A stretch of DNA of 63,760 nt, counting the filler, from Ministeria vibrans ATCC 50519 (Eukaryota; Protista; Filasterea), in assembly GCA_943704425.1 (NCBI GenBank). It is 5 parts of 5 records of this genome, joined end to end, with 100 filler letters (N's around TTAATTAATTAA, not from the genome) between each part and the next. Parts side by side here need not be neighbours in the genome. Positions count along the whole stretch, not along the records: positions 49,202 to 60,516 come from CALSCP010002186.1; positions 60,617 to 62,291 come from CALSCP010001287.1; 3 more parts are not named here. One strand, given 5' to 3'. Each line of letters starts with the position of its first letter. Position 1 is the first letter of the stretch. Below the pieces are notes generated by a model. The model ran no database searches, was not told where the DNA came from, and was given only the letters and a program-made list of their open reading frames with translations. The position numbers and the translations under genes are program-made. Below, piece by piece: positions 49,102 through 62,391 of this stretch.

Positions 49102-49286
49102 NNNNNNNNNNNNNNNNNNNNNNNNNNNNNNNNNNNNNNNNNNNNTTAATTAATTAANNNNNNNNNNNNNNNNNNNNNNNNNNNNNNNNNNNNNNNNNNN
49201 NAAAAAAAAAAAAAAAAAAAAAAAAAGAACAGCCACACAAACGAAACCGTACAGGGGAGAGAGAGAATGAAGAGTAAAGGTGCTGC

Positions 49287-50670
49287 TCAGTCGCGCTTGT
49301 CAGCCTTCATGCGGCGGCCTTCGCGCTGACGACGCAATTTGGCACGGTGGTAGGCTCGCCAGCGCTGGACGGTGGGCGGTGGCATGAAGCACGTGTACCA
49401 GCATGCATAAAGGAGCGCAGCAACGCCCAAAGCCGAAATGGCCACCCACATGATAAGCAGATGCTCGAATTGCGACGGGAGGAAGTCGTGCAAGTGGTAG
49501 GTGTCGTGACAGGCACGCACAAGACCTACACGGGAACCGCCCTTGCGTCGCAGCCACATGAGCCGCTCGAGCTCGGGGAGCGGGTCGTGCGAGTGGTCTT
49601 CGCACCCAATCGAGTCAAAGAGCACACGGATGCCGTGAACACGCGCCGACGTCTCGTCCTGCGCCTCTTCGACTTGCTCGCGCAAGAGAGGACCCGAGAA
49701 GAGATGGTACAAGTTGCGATACGACGAACCATTAAACTCGGCGTGCTCGCCACGATCGATACCCTTGCCAGTCGCCTCGTCAACGCGCATCATAGCCGAG
49801 TCGGCTGGAATGCCGTGCTCGGCGGCACAGCGCGCGTCTCCTTGGCCGTGGTCGCCGCCCGCTGTGAGTGCCGCCAAGAGACGCTCTTCGAGCGTATCGG
49901 GCACATCTGCGCGCTCGGGCGCCTGCTCAAAGGCCGCGCTCATACTTTCCAGCACCTTTTCCGACGTGAGCATGGTACCCTGCACTGCATAGTGAAGTGT
50001 GTGTCCCCACGAGTCGATCGCGATGCCTTGCCGATCCCCCGAGTGATGCAACGTTCGTCGTCCCGTAAACGACGCCGCCGAACTGCTCGTCACGACGCCA
50101 TACTGACGCGAAGTGGCACCACAAAACACAAGGTGTCGTGGACTGGTCTCGTGCATATGTCGCGACAAAGACTGAAGCAAAGAAAAAAAAATTATTATTA
50201 CTAATTGATTATTATGATTATAAATTTACACGATTATCTTACCGTATTGTCGTCGCAATAATCAGGATCGAAAGTCAGCGACGAAATCTCGTCGATGATT
50301 TCAGAAGCAGATCTCTTGGCTTCTCGTACTCTTCGTGCAGCACGACTTTGCGCGAGCATGTTCACATGACCCTAAAGACAAAAACGAAAAAAAAAATTTA
50401 AAAAAAATATAATATATACGTAGCGAGGCGGTCGAATGCGGATGCATTTGGGGCCATCCACGTGGCATTCGTACCTACCTGGGTGACGACGGCACCGTGA
50501 CCCGGAATGGCGGCGTACAGGTTGGAGAGAACACGCGATTTGCCTGAACACGAGGCAGCTGCTGCGCCCACTGCGCCGTCCGTGCTGTTGATCGCAACAA
50601 TCGAGTAGGTTGCGTGCGTCGACCACGTCACGGACGCGACAACACACCACACGAACCATGTAGCGCGCAT
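49287..50670 (-). CDS. DUF1028-family Ntn-hydrolase-like protein with signal peptide and C-terminal transmembrane helix (3 exons)
   Basis: Signal peptide then TYSIVA...GAVGAAAASC...PGHGAVVTQ, RQYGVV, YAVQGTML, LEERLLAALTAG...GDARC; TM LLIMWVAISALGVAALLYACWY. Confidence 0.82.
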
Positions 50671-50951
50671 GAATAATATTGGTTTTTTGTCTTTTTGATA
50701 ATTGATTTTCAGAAATTTTCAGTGTTAGAAAATTGAGGATTGAATGATGAAAATGGAATAATGGATCACTCATAAACCAGACAAGACGAAGAACATGCCT
50801 CACGTGTGACGTGAGTGACGTGACGTTCAGACTGGCGCGAGCGAGCGAGTGACATAAGAGATGAACAAACTTGAACTAAAGATAAAAGAACGTACTTCTT
50901 ATAATATTTTTTTGGGTTGGTATAGAAATCTCCATGCATTTAGACAAAATC

Positions 50952-52500
50952 TCAAGCCTTGGACTCGGTGGCGGCCGGGGCGGGCTTGTGGCCAGCCTTG
51001 ATCTGCGAGCGCTCGGTGAGGCGCTCCTGGCGACGGGCACGCGACTCCTTGTTGCGCAGACGGCGGGCGTCGGCCTGCTTGCGAGCAGCAGCGTCACGCG
51101 TCTGCTCGGCCTTCTTCTTGTGGATGTACTCCATCAAGACACGCTTGTTCTTGAAGGCGTTACCCTTGCACTTGAGGTACAGATCGTGGTACCTGCCAAA
51201 AAAAAAATGAACCAATGTTATATGTGTTCCGTTGTCACAGAAATCAGAAATGTAGACAATAAAAAAAAGCAATGTGACTTACAGGTGCCTGTCGATCTTC
51301 TTGGCCTCACGGTACTTCTTGAGCATGCGGCGGAGAATGCGCATGCGGCGAATCCAGAGGACCTTCTGGGGCATACGAGCATCACGGGTACCCTTGCGCT
51401 TACCGGTGCCGGTGTGGCGACCCTTGCGCTTGGCCTCGAGATGCTTGCGAGCGCGAGCACGCGAGTGGACCACGTAAGGCTTCTTGCGGATCAGGTGCGA
51501 CGCAACAAGCTTGCGGACGGTCTGTCGCGAGTTGGCACTGGAGATGCTCGAAGACTCATTGGGGTCGATCCAGACCTTGCGCTTGCCGCACTTCAGCACG
51601 ACCGAGGCCAGGCGTCTCTGCAGTCGGAGGGACACCCTGTGGGTAAACAAAACAAGAGAGAGAAAGTCAGTCACGAACGGTTCAACCATAAAGTAAAAGA
51701 GAAAAAAAAAAGAACATCAAAAAAAAAAGAACAAAAGAGAGAGGAGACAGGTGTGAGAAGAGGTCAATAGAGTTGAGCAGCGAGGTTCAGAAGCAGCGAG
51801 AGTGGCAAGAGGCAGGGCAAGGGCGTGTGTGTGGGGATGAGAGTGCGAGTCACGATCCACATTGAAGAGTGTGCAATGCGACTGCGGAAACGCCGCCGTG
51901 AACCGCGGGCGGGAGGGGCGCCGTCGGAGTGTCGCACTAAACACGCGCGGATGCCACGCGTGCATCATAGGGGCTCCATCTGCAGTCTTTCTCCAACACA
52001 GAGAACGATGACGGGTGACCAAGGAGAGAATCACGNNNNNNNNNAAAAAAAAAAAAGAACAACCAAAAAGCACACGCTTGAAAGGCTGCGTCGCATTGAC
52101 GACAATAGACCCCTACACAGTGCCGTGGGTCCATGCAGCGCTTCGCCGGTGCTGCACCGTGCCTCCTTCAAGCACACGCGGTCGGCAAGTCACATTCGAG
52201 ATTTTTTTTTTTTTCCATCTCTCTCCTGTCCACTCCTCGACAACTTGGCGGGCTGCCTTTGTGAACGGGGGGTGACGACGGCATATGCCCTTGATGCAGC
52301 GCTTCGTGCGAGTCCCAAATGGCACGGAGTGAGCGCAGCGAGCGCAAAGATGTCAGACGGACGCCAAAGGCCGACACAGCAGAACACCCAAAGCAGCGGA
52401 TGGGCCACAAGACACACGCGCACACACACACCGGTACAGACACACAGAGAGACGAGTCCCTCTCCTTCCCATCCATGGCAATATAAGACATCACTTACAT
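50952..52500 (-). CDS. RPL19: 60S ribosomal protein L19 (eL19); start codon split by an ~860-nt first intron
   Basis: AT|GTAAGT (52500-52493)...CACAG|G GTG TCC gives [28 protein letters not shown]; [12 protein letters not shown]; [16 protein letters not shown]. Confidence 0.97.
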
Positions 52501-52624
52501 GTTGATTGCGTGAAAAAAAGAGACCGATTTTTTTGACAATTTTTGATCTTTGCTCGAGAAAATCCAAAAAAAAATCTCCCCTTCCCCTTCCCCTTCCGCC
52601 TCACCCGCGCCTTCTGTTGCTACC

Positions 52625-53616
52625 ATGGCCGACGTGCCCTCGTCAACCGCCTCGACTGCACTGGGGGTCGTTGTAAACTCGAGGTTTCGCGTCAAGTCGG
52701 TGGACGACGAGAAGGAAGCTCGCGAGCAGGCGACGCAAGCAGCCCAATCGGCCGCGGAAGGGACCGCGGCGAGCGACACCCCGTCGTCGTCCAAGCCACC
52801 CAGCGAGCCTAGAACCATTGCGTGCCCAAATGTGCCCGTTGCAAGCGAGCTCTTCGCACAATTGGCGCAAAGAGATTTCGGAAGCTCTTGGTCCATGGCC
52901 GACGAATACAGCCTACTTCTCGCGACGAACACCTCCCACTCGGGGCTACCCCTACCCGCCGAGGTGCCAGTGGCCCAGCCAGCGGTGAAAACGCCCGGCG
53001 AAACTGTGTCGCAGGCGTCGCTTGACGAGCGTTTTGCCAAGCTTCGTAACGAAATCAAAAGCGCCTCGACACGCAACAACGAGCGCCAGCCGAGCCCCGA
53101 TGCTCTCGCTGCCTGGCACGACGAGTACTCCTTTCTTGTTGACCAGCAAGCGCACCTAGTATTGCCCAGCGAGAACGCCGCTACACGCTCACGTTTCTGT
53201 GTTGTCGACGTTGAATTGACGCCACCTCCCTCGCTCACCACCATCGTCACCGTGCTCCCCGTCGTCTCCGAAGCGACCTCCACTGAGAATGATGCTCCCT
53301 CGACTTCGTCGTCGACGCCCGTTCTGCTGGCGCCTTCTCCTCTGGCGACCGACAACGAAACACCCGCGCAGCCCGAACGCCGCATCGCCCGTTTTGCCGT
53401 GTGTGACGTACCCGAGGGCGACGACGTGACCATCACCTCTACTACAGGAGCAGGAACAGCAGCAAATGCCGCTACTGCTGTTGTCGTCTCTACACCTCCA
53501 CCAGCGTCACCTAACAACCCTACTGCTACGCGTTTCGTTGTCCATTCCTTTGCTGGCGAAGACCTTGGCAAGGAGCTGGCACAGGCGCGCTCCGAATCTG
53601 CTGCTGCTGCCGCCGC

Positions 53617-53660
<44 letters not shown>

Positions 53661-54105
53661 CTACTGCTGCTGCTGTTCAGCAAAAAGCAAGTCGCTTTTC
53701 GGTGGAGGACGCAGAAGACAAGGTAAACCAGGTGGCGGTAATGGAACTGGACGAGACAGGAACCATCGACAGTGAGTCGGATGCTGCCGCCACTGCCGAT
53801 GTCACTACAGCGCCAACCACACATACACCGGCACGCATGCTCTCCGAGGCCACCCCACCCATTACTCCCGTGGACCCCAACGCCTCACAACCGTCCTTTC
53901 CATTGACTCATGAACCCCCAGCGTCGTCGTTGTCGTCGTCGCCTTCGCCGTCGCCCCAACCCACCACCGACACAGCCTCAGCACTACCCCTGCCATCAGT
54001 GTCTACCACCGTCGCTGGGACGACCGCAACATCCACAGCGATCACTGCTACTTCTGCAACCATTGGGACACCAGCCCAGCCCGACAACGCGACGACTTTG
54101 CCAGC

Positions 54106-54140
<35 letters not shown>

Positions 54141-56272
54141 CTGCTGCTACCGCCGTCGTCCCAGTCACCCCGGCCATTGCCACTAACAGCGCCACAGCCC
54201 CAGCGACCCCTTCACCCACCTACGCCTCCCCACTGTCCGCCTTTGTATCGCAACAGGCTACGCCGGGTGTCTCTGCCACTGCCACTCCCACCACCAGTCT
54301 CCCCACCACACCAGCCCCTCGCGCCAACACACCGGCCACGGACAACGCCTCCCCCGACCTGTGCGATGCCTCCAGCTCAAGTGACGCCTCCAAAACATCT
54401 TCGCCCTCTGCTCAACCGCCCCGCCGCAAGTCACCTGCTGATGCTGCTGCTGCAGCTCCGGAGACAGGTGCTCCGCCCGTGTCGACCGCATCTGTCAATG
54501 GAATTGCCCCTTCGCCCACACACAAAGGCCCCAGTCGCTCGAGCTCATTATCGGGCGGTGTCAACAAGCTGGCTTCTAAAGCGGGTCTTCCCGCGTCTTC
54601 CTCGAGTGCACAAACACTCCCGGGAACGACAGGCATGGTCGCGCCAGGGACAGGTGCATCTACCGGCGTTAGCATCGCGATGCCAAAGGAGGGGACAGGA
54701 GGCGGATCTGGCGCAGACGGATCGACCGAAGCGCCCGAGACGGCAGCGACAGAAAAGGAAGAGCGTAAACGCGCAGCACCCGGACTGTTGCGCTACAAAC
54801 GGGGCCGCTTTCACGTGGAGGACACACACGAGTTGTCATCGCGCAAGAAGGAGCAGGACTCCTCTGCCACGCAGAACGCCCCGTCACATGTGTCCAGCAA
54901 GAAGCCTCCCAAAGATACGACAACAGCAGCAGCAGCAGCAGCGCACACAACTAGCGCTACCGTTGCAGACTCAGCGGACTCGTCGACGCCCTCACTGGGA
55001 CCCGCCAGTGCCTCTCCGCCATCCCCCGCCCCGACACCTTCAACCTCAGCAGCATCGTCGCCCACACACCCTCATTCTACCGCCTACCGCGATCGCTCTG
55101 TCTCGCTTCCACCCACCTCTGCCGCTATGTCCGCTGTTAATGCTGTCAGTGCGGCGGCGGCAGCAGCAGCAGCAGCAGGGGGGACAGGGGCTCATTTCGG
55201 ACTCAATCGAGAGCAGAGCAGTGTCGCAGTGCAGGAGGTGCTTCGACAGGTGCACGCGCAAATGCAAACGGTCGTTGCCAAGTGCATGGAGGATCTTGAG
55301 ACAGGTCTAATGGCCTGCGTGAACAGCGTTCAGCAGCCACAACAGCAGCACAATACCCCTGCCCCCACGCGCAAACCGACCGGTCGCACCAGTGTTCCGT
55401 TGGCCAACTCAGTTGCCGTTGCAAACACATTTGGGGTAAGCACAACCATGTCGGAGTCGATCAAGCCGCCCTTGCCCTCGTCCGTTTCCGCCTCGCCTGA
55501 ACGCACCTCAGCTGCATGCAAAGCAGGCGACGCTGCTCCTTCCGCCGCCGGCAGTCACTCCACCGACAACCCCTTGCCTGTCCCTGCCGACGCCGCTGTC
55601 TCCTCCACGTCAGTGGTCCCCCCACGATCTGCAGTCGCCCGCTCTATCAGCGGTGTTGGTGTCACCATGTCCGACACTGAGATGCTCATGAAACTTCTTT
55701 TGCGCACTGCTGCATTAGAAAAGCAAAACATGAGGTAAATCACCTGAAAAATTAATATTAATATTGTAGTAAGACGTTTTGTAATTATAATATAATTATT
55801 TCCCTCATTTTCAGTCAACAACGAATGCTCGTTGCGATCTCGACACACCTGAACGTTCCCGGGGCACCTCCACCTGCCACTCCACCCATCAATCCCCCAA
55901 CAACGTTCTCGTCGCTTGCCAATCCTTCCAAAGAGCCCTCTCTTCAACAGCAGCAACAGCCGCAGCAGCAGCAGCAGACACAGTCTCAACAGCAATTACA
56001 CCACTCGTCGTCTGGTGGGTCCACTGCCCAGTCGTCGCATCCCTTGTCCACCCGCACAAACTCCGCTTCAAGCTCAACCTTTGCCTTGACTCGTCAGCAG
56101 CAGCAACAACAACAGCAGTACGTTTCTCTCTTAATCTTTTACTTTCTCTCTACCACAAGTTTTGTCACTTTGTTTTCTCTCTCACTTTGTCTCTCTCTCA
56201 CTTTGTTTTCTCGCTCACTTTATTTCTCTCCCGCTTTGTTTCCCTCTCTCACTTTGTTCTCTCTATTTGTTC

Positions 56273-56322
<50 letters not shown>

Positions 56323-56563
56323 CCTTTCTTTCTTTTTTTCTATCACTTTGTTTCTTTCTCCTCTTTTTGTCGCATATGCTTTCCCTCTCTTGCACTGACT
56401 CACTCGCCCCTTTTGCGTCTACTTTTCTTTTTTCTCATTCAGGAATATTCCTGTTCCTGAGCTGGTGCGCAAGATTACGGACCTGCAGCGCCAGCTGGAC
56501 TACTCTGATTCGCAGCGGGTGACAATGCAGCAGCAGCTGCGTGCGCTTGACAAGAATGTATAA
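52625..56563 (+). CDS. Large Ser/Thr/Ala/Pro-rich disordered protein with six RFxV motifs and C-terminal helical/coiled-coil segments (3 exons)
   Basis: SRFRV, SRFCV, ARFAV, TRFVV, SRFSV, GRFHV; last exon LVRKITDLQRQLDYSDSQRVTMQQQLRALDKNV*. Confidence 0.75.
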
Positions 56564-56599
56564 AAAATTTCTTTTCCTGAATTTTAATTGACGGTGAAA

Positions 56600-58544
56600 T
56601 CACAAGTTTGACTTGGTGGTGAGCCACTGAAAGGCCTGGGGCTTGCGGGTGGCGAAGGGAGAAATCATGACGTTAATGAGGGAGGGCCCTGATCGGTCAG
56701 CAAAGGCGGCGGCAAGAGCGGCGTCGAGCTGGGCGGTGTCGCGGCAGAAGTAGCCGGTGCCGCCAAAGGACTCCATAACGCGCTCGTAGTGGGCGTCGGG
56801 GAGAAGCGCCGTCGGCGGGGCCTGGTCTTCGGGCGCGGCGTCGTGCGGAATGTCGGCGTACGAGTCAGCGTCAAGACCGCTGTAAATGCCGTTGTTGTTC
56901 ACGACCATGAAGACAATGGGTAGACGCAGACGGCATGCCGTCTCGACCTCCATGCCACTGAACCCAAAGGCACTGTCGCCCTCGACACAGACTACGCGCC
57001 GTCCGTCCCGCGCGTGCACCAGCGCCGCTGCCACAGCAAAGCCCAGACCGACACCCATCGTGCCAAACGTTCCAGCGTCGAGTCGCGAGCGAGGCAGCGC
57101 ATTGGCCAAGATGGTCCGGCCAATGTCCATCGTGTTGGCGCCCTCGCTGACAATAACGGCGTCGCGTGGAATCACCGCCTGCAGGCGTGCAAACACACGG
57201 TAGTAGCTCAAGGGCACTTCAGCGTCGTCCATGCGCTCTTGGCTCGCCTGACGGTTTGCCCTCACGCGCTCTGCCAGCTCACCCAGCCAGGGCGATGCAG
57301 GTGCCAGCCGAAACCCCGCAAGTGCTTGCGATAGCTGCGCCACCACGGCTCCTGCGTCACCCACAAGAGCTGCGTGCGCCAGGACATTGTGGTGCATCTC
57401 TTCGGGCGCAATGTCGATCTGGACCACCTTGACGTCGGCCGCAAAGCGCGGTGGGGCGCCAAAGTGCAACATCCAGTTGAGACGTGCGCCCACAAGCACA
57501 ATAACGTCGGCAGAGCGCAGTGCGTGCGACCGTGCCGCAGCCACACACAGCGCGTGGTTGTCGCTCACAACCCCTTTGCCCATGGGGGTCGGCAGGAAGG
57601 GGAGTCCGTGCGTGTCAATCAGTGTCCCTAGAGCCGACTGTGCACGCGATTGTTGTGATTAGTATTGTATTACGTTAGTAGTAATATGGCCCTTGAGTCG
57701 CTCGTGTGTGTACCTCTGCTCGTGCGTAGGCAGCACCCTTTCCGATGACAATGAGAGGGCGCGAGGCAGAGCGCAATGCGTTTGCAGCCGTTTGGACGGA
57801 CGTGGGGTCGGCAAGGGAGCGCGGAGGGGCGGGCACGGCCGGCGGAAACAACACTGTGGCGGGGTCTGCGGACGCATTGAGAGTGTCGGCGGGCAAATCG
57901 ATGTAGGCGGCGCCCGGGCGTCCATATGTGGCCGATCGGAACGCCTGTTCGATGTAAAACGGGATACGTGACACGGCCGAGGGTCGCGCAGTGTATTTGG
58001 TGTACAGACGCGACGCGTCCACTTGTGGGAACTCCTAGCGCGTATGGAACGAAGCAAAAACAAAACTGCGAGTCAGAAAGAGCGAGTGTGAAGCGTTGGG
58101 TCACCTGAAAGGCTTGCATGCCTTCCTGGTGAGCTTCGCAACTTCCGCCCAGCACAATCATTGGCCAGCAATTGCTCTGCGCGTTCGCCATACCAGCAAG
58201 CGCATGCACCAGTCCCGGCCCACTGACTACCAGACACACTCCGGGACGTCCTGTCAGGTAGCCAATTGCGCCGGCGGCGTACGATGCGGCCTACCGTAAA
58301 TACAGAGAGTGAGTGAGTGAGTGTACTTGCGCTGCGCCCTTGCTTCGCCACCTGCTCGTTTCGCATGCCAACGTACTGGATACCGCATTGTTGTGCAGCT
58401 GCTGCGATTTCCATGACTGGAATGCCCACAATGCCTAAGGGGAAAGGGAGCGGGAGTGAGCAAGAACGAATGCATCATCCTACCAAACATAAATTGGACG
58501 CCTTGATCACGCAGAGAGCGCGCTACAATCATGTTGCCGTCCAT
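56600..58544 (-). CDS. HACL1: 2-hydroxyacyl-CoA lyase (TPP enzyme), peroxisomal, multi-exon
   Basis: [56 protein letters not shown]...NNNG; C-terminal -SNL is PTS1-like. Confidence 0.95.
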
Positions 58545-58731
58545 CTTCTCTTCAAGGATTTGAGTTCTGAAGTCAATATAAGAGTGAGTGAGTGAAGAAT
58601 ATGATCAGTAGTTCAGTATTTTTTTAATCTTATTCAACTCTCTGATGTCACGCGTAAGTCGCGAAGACATTGAGAGCTCTGTTGCTATTAATTGCAGCAC
58701 GGAGGACGATGCCACGCTGGATTCTTCGAGA

Positions 58732-59196
58732 ATGGACAAAATTGTATGGAGTTGTTCTTTTTGATGACACACACTGAATGTTGGTCGCACAGGATTCGCT
58801 GCCGCTGCTGCCAGACTCGATAAAGGCAAGAAACCGCATTCTTGTTGCGTCTGGCTTGTGTGTGCTGTTCATGGCGGGCGAAATCGCCGGTAGGAAAGGA
58901 GAAAGTGTCGACAGACGAAGACGTCGACTGGTCGGGACTCACTGATCCTTCCTCGTGCCCTCGTCTGTGGCGTAGGTGGGGTCATTTCGGGCTCCCTGGC
59001 CATTCTTACAGATGCAGCACACATGCTGAGTGATCTGGCGGGCTTTATGATCTCCCTTGCGGCCATCTACTTGGCCAATCGACCGTCGTCGAACAAGTTT
59101 TCCTTTGGTTGGCACAGAGCAGGTGAGGCGCCCGGAACTGGGCCCTTGGTGTGTGTGTCCGTGTGTGTTCGTGATGTAGTGTGTGTGTGTGCGTGA

Positions 59197-59228
<32 letters not shown>

Positions 59229-59249
59229 ACAAATTGAGTGAGCATACGT

Positions 59250-59283
<34 letters not shown>

Positions 59284-60103
59284 ATGTATTGTGTGCGTGT
59301 CTTTTTGACTTGCGAGTTGATCTGTAGAGATTTTGGGGGCTGTCATTTCGGTGCTGCTAATATGGATGCTGACTGGAGTGTTGTGCTACGAGGCGGTATT
59401 GCGAATTATCCATCGACAGTCTGTGGATGGCAAAGTGATGTTTGCGACGGCGGCGAGTGGTGTTGTGTTCAACATCATCATGGCACTGGTACTGTATCAG
59501 ACGGGACACGGACACACACACGGGGGACTGGGGGGCGGAGATCACGGGCACTCGCATGGCGGGGGAGGGAGTCACGGCCACTCGCACGAGGGTCAGCATG
59601 GACATTCGCATGGGGGGCGCCACGGACACTCGCACAAGGGTTACTCGGGCGTGAATGACTCGGACGAGGCGCACAGTGATGACGCGTGCGAGGATGGCGA
59701 CAGTGTGTCGTCTGAAACGGGTACTGGCGACGATTCACAGCAACGCAGCAAAGCAGATTCGCGCAACGTGAATGTACGTGCGGCGTACATCCACGTGCTG
59801 GGTGATCTGGTGCAGAGCATTGGCGTGTGCATTGCTGCCATTGTCGTGTGGGTCAAGCCCGAGTGGACTCTGGCCGACCCCATCTGCACGTAAGCCCCAC
59901 TCAATAGCGGCATCTGTGTTTTTTGTGTGGCTATATGTCGTGTCTTGTCTCCATGTTCGTGTGGAGTGTATGTGTATGTGTATGTGTATGTTGACTCTCT
60001 CACTTTGTTTGTTTCTCCTCTCTCTATCTTTCTCTCTATCACTTTGTCTCTCTCTCTCTGTCACTTTGTCTCTATCTTCTCTCTCTCTAACACTTTGTTT
60101 CTT

Positions 60104-60197
<94 letters not shown>

Positions 60198-60450
60198 AGG
60201 TTCTTTTTCAGCATTCTTGTGTTGTTCACTACGTTTGGGGTGATTCGCGACTCAGTCAATGTGCTAATGGAAGGTTAGCACACGAAACTCATACGGCTCG
60301 CTCTCTATAGCTTGGTTTTTCTTCTTTCTTCCTCTTTGTTTTTCAAACTCAAACTCTTGTTTCTCTCTTTTAGGCACTCCCAAGGGACTGGATGTGGATG
60401 AAGTACGCGATACGCTCGAGGCACTCAATGGAGTACACAGTGCTCACCAG
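58732..60450 (+). CDS. Zinc transporter, CDF/SLC30 (ZnT2-like), 3' end missing
   Basis: SLAILTDAAHMLSD, FSFGWHRAEILGA, His-rich loop (HGHSH repeats), NVNVRAAYIHVLGDLVQSIGV, ADPICT, LMEGTP. Start codon is tentative. Confidence 0.92.
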
Positions 60451-60456
60451 GTACAC

Positions 60457-60516
<60 letters not shown>

Positions 60517-60616
60517 NNNNNNNNNNNNNNNNNNNNNNNNNNNNNNNNNNNNNNNNNNNNTTAATTAATTAANNNNNNNNNNNNNNNNNNNNNNNNNNNN
60601 NNNNNNNNNNNNNNNN

Positions 60617-62291
60617 GCAGTGTCCATCGCCGCCAGTGGAACGGCTGTTATTGTGGGCTCTACCCGTGCAAACGACTTCAACATATCTGCCGGAGCTCTG
60701 TTCAACACGACAATGTCTGGCAGTTCATTTCATCCCGAATTTGATGGCTATGCACTTTTTGTCACGTTAGAGGGCAATGTGACTCTGGCAGTGACGAATC
60801 TGGAGGGAAACGATTCATTTGCGGACGTGAGCATTGACCCGCAGAGTGTGTCGTCTCCATTTGCTTGGATTGCGGGCGTTCGTCGTGATCCAGACTCGCT
60901 CTTTACCAATGACACTAATTCTCTTGGTCTGCTACTCTTGCTTAATATTACCGACGGCTCACTTGTCGCCGAGTACACATCGACGAGTGTCTTTCTGTCG
61001 TCGTACTCGCGCATCGTTGCAAATTCGATGGTTGCCTATGTCACCAGCTCTATTGAAGAGGTTTCATCGTGCCACTCGTCACCTTGTGTGAATGGTGCGA
61101 ATTGCACCAGCAGAGCAGCAGAGGCGTACAAATGCGTGTGTGCCGCTGGATGGACAGGCGTCACATGTGATTCTAGCATCAACGAATGCTCTTCGATACC
61201 CTGTCTCAATGGCGGCGTGTGCTTGGACGCGCACCTTGCCTTTACGTGTGTCTGTGCCGACGGCTACACGGGCGCGCAGTGCGAGTCGGATATTGTTGAG
61301 TGTGCCTCGTCGCCGTGCTCCAGCACTGCGAGTTGCATAGAAGGCCTGGGCAATTTTACTTGTCTTTGCCCTGCCGGTGTGACGGGAGACGTGTGTGAGT
61401 CGGAGATTATTGAGTGTGCCTCGTCGCCGTGCGCCAACAGCGCAACTTGCTTGGAGGGTCTGGGCAATTTTACTTGTCTTTGTCCTTCCGGTGCGACGGG
61501 AGATGCATGCGAGTCGATCATCGACTTGTGTGCCAGTGAACCGTGCGTGAACAATGGAACGTGTACATCGAATGACGGCGTCTCTTTCTCATGCAACTGT
61601 CTCGCCGAGTTTAGCGGTCCAACGTGCAACACTACAGTGTTTGGCGGCGGTGGCTCCAACAGCACTGAGGGTGATGGTCGCCGTCGCCGACGTGATGTTG
61701 ATGCCGAGGAGTTGACTCGCTATTCGACGTTGAATCGCTTTAGTCTGAGCGCAAACGACACAGTCATGCTTGATGCTCAAGCTCTCGTGAGCGAAGGCTC
61801 CTTAGAGACGATTCGTCTTAATGTCAATTCGAGCAACGTGGTGGTGGGTGGATCGCTCTCGTTGGATACGACGGCGTTTGGACAACAACTCAACATTTCT
61901 GGTCCTTTTCACGCGTCGCTTTTGGCATCGGACCTCTCTTTTGTGTCAAGTAAAAAAGTCGGTACGAGTATGTTGGGCTCAATGTCGCTGGTTCACGTGG
62001 AAGCAGACGGTGCGATGATGGCAATTGTCAGCGGAGAGACGTCGCGTTCGTTTTTCTCTACTCTTGTGCATGTTCCCACCGCCAGTTCGACGTGTCATAT
62101 CTGTCCAAAGGGCACCTACTGGAGCGCCAACTCCCCCGAAATGTGCCTCCAGTGTCCTATTGGCTACTTTTCGTCAAGTGAAGGTGTCACGGTGTGCGAA
62201 GAGTGTCAGCGCAACCCGTTGCTTCCTGTAGGCAGCAGCGAGTGCGTTTGTGCCGATCCCACGCTCAGTGGCTACTTTTGCGACCGACCTG
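60617..62291 (+). CDS. Extracellular protein fragment: beta-rich region, five EGF repeats, polybasic site, Cys-rich CPxG (GCC2/GCC3-like) repeats
   Basis: INECSSIPCLNGGVC...C.C..GYTG..C-type repeat x5; GRRRRRD; CPKGTYW...CLQCPIGYFS...C. Open across the whole contig. Confidence 0.85.
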
Positions 62292-62391
62292 NNNNNNNNN
62301 NNNNNNNNNNNNNNNNNNNNNNNNNNNNNNNNNNNTTAATTAATTAANNNNNNNNNNNNNNNNNNNNNNNNNNNNNNNNNNNNNNNNNNNN

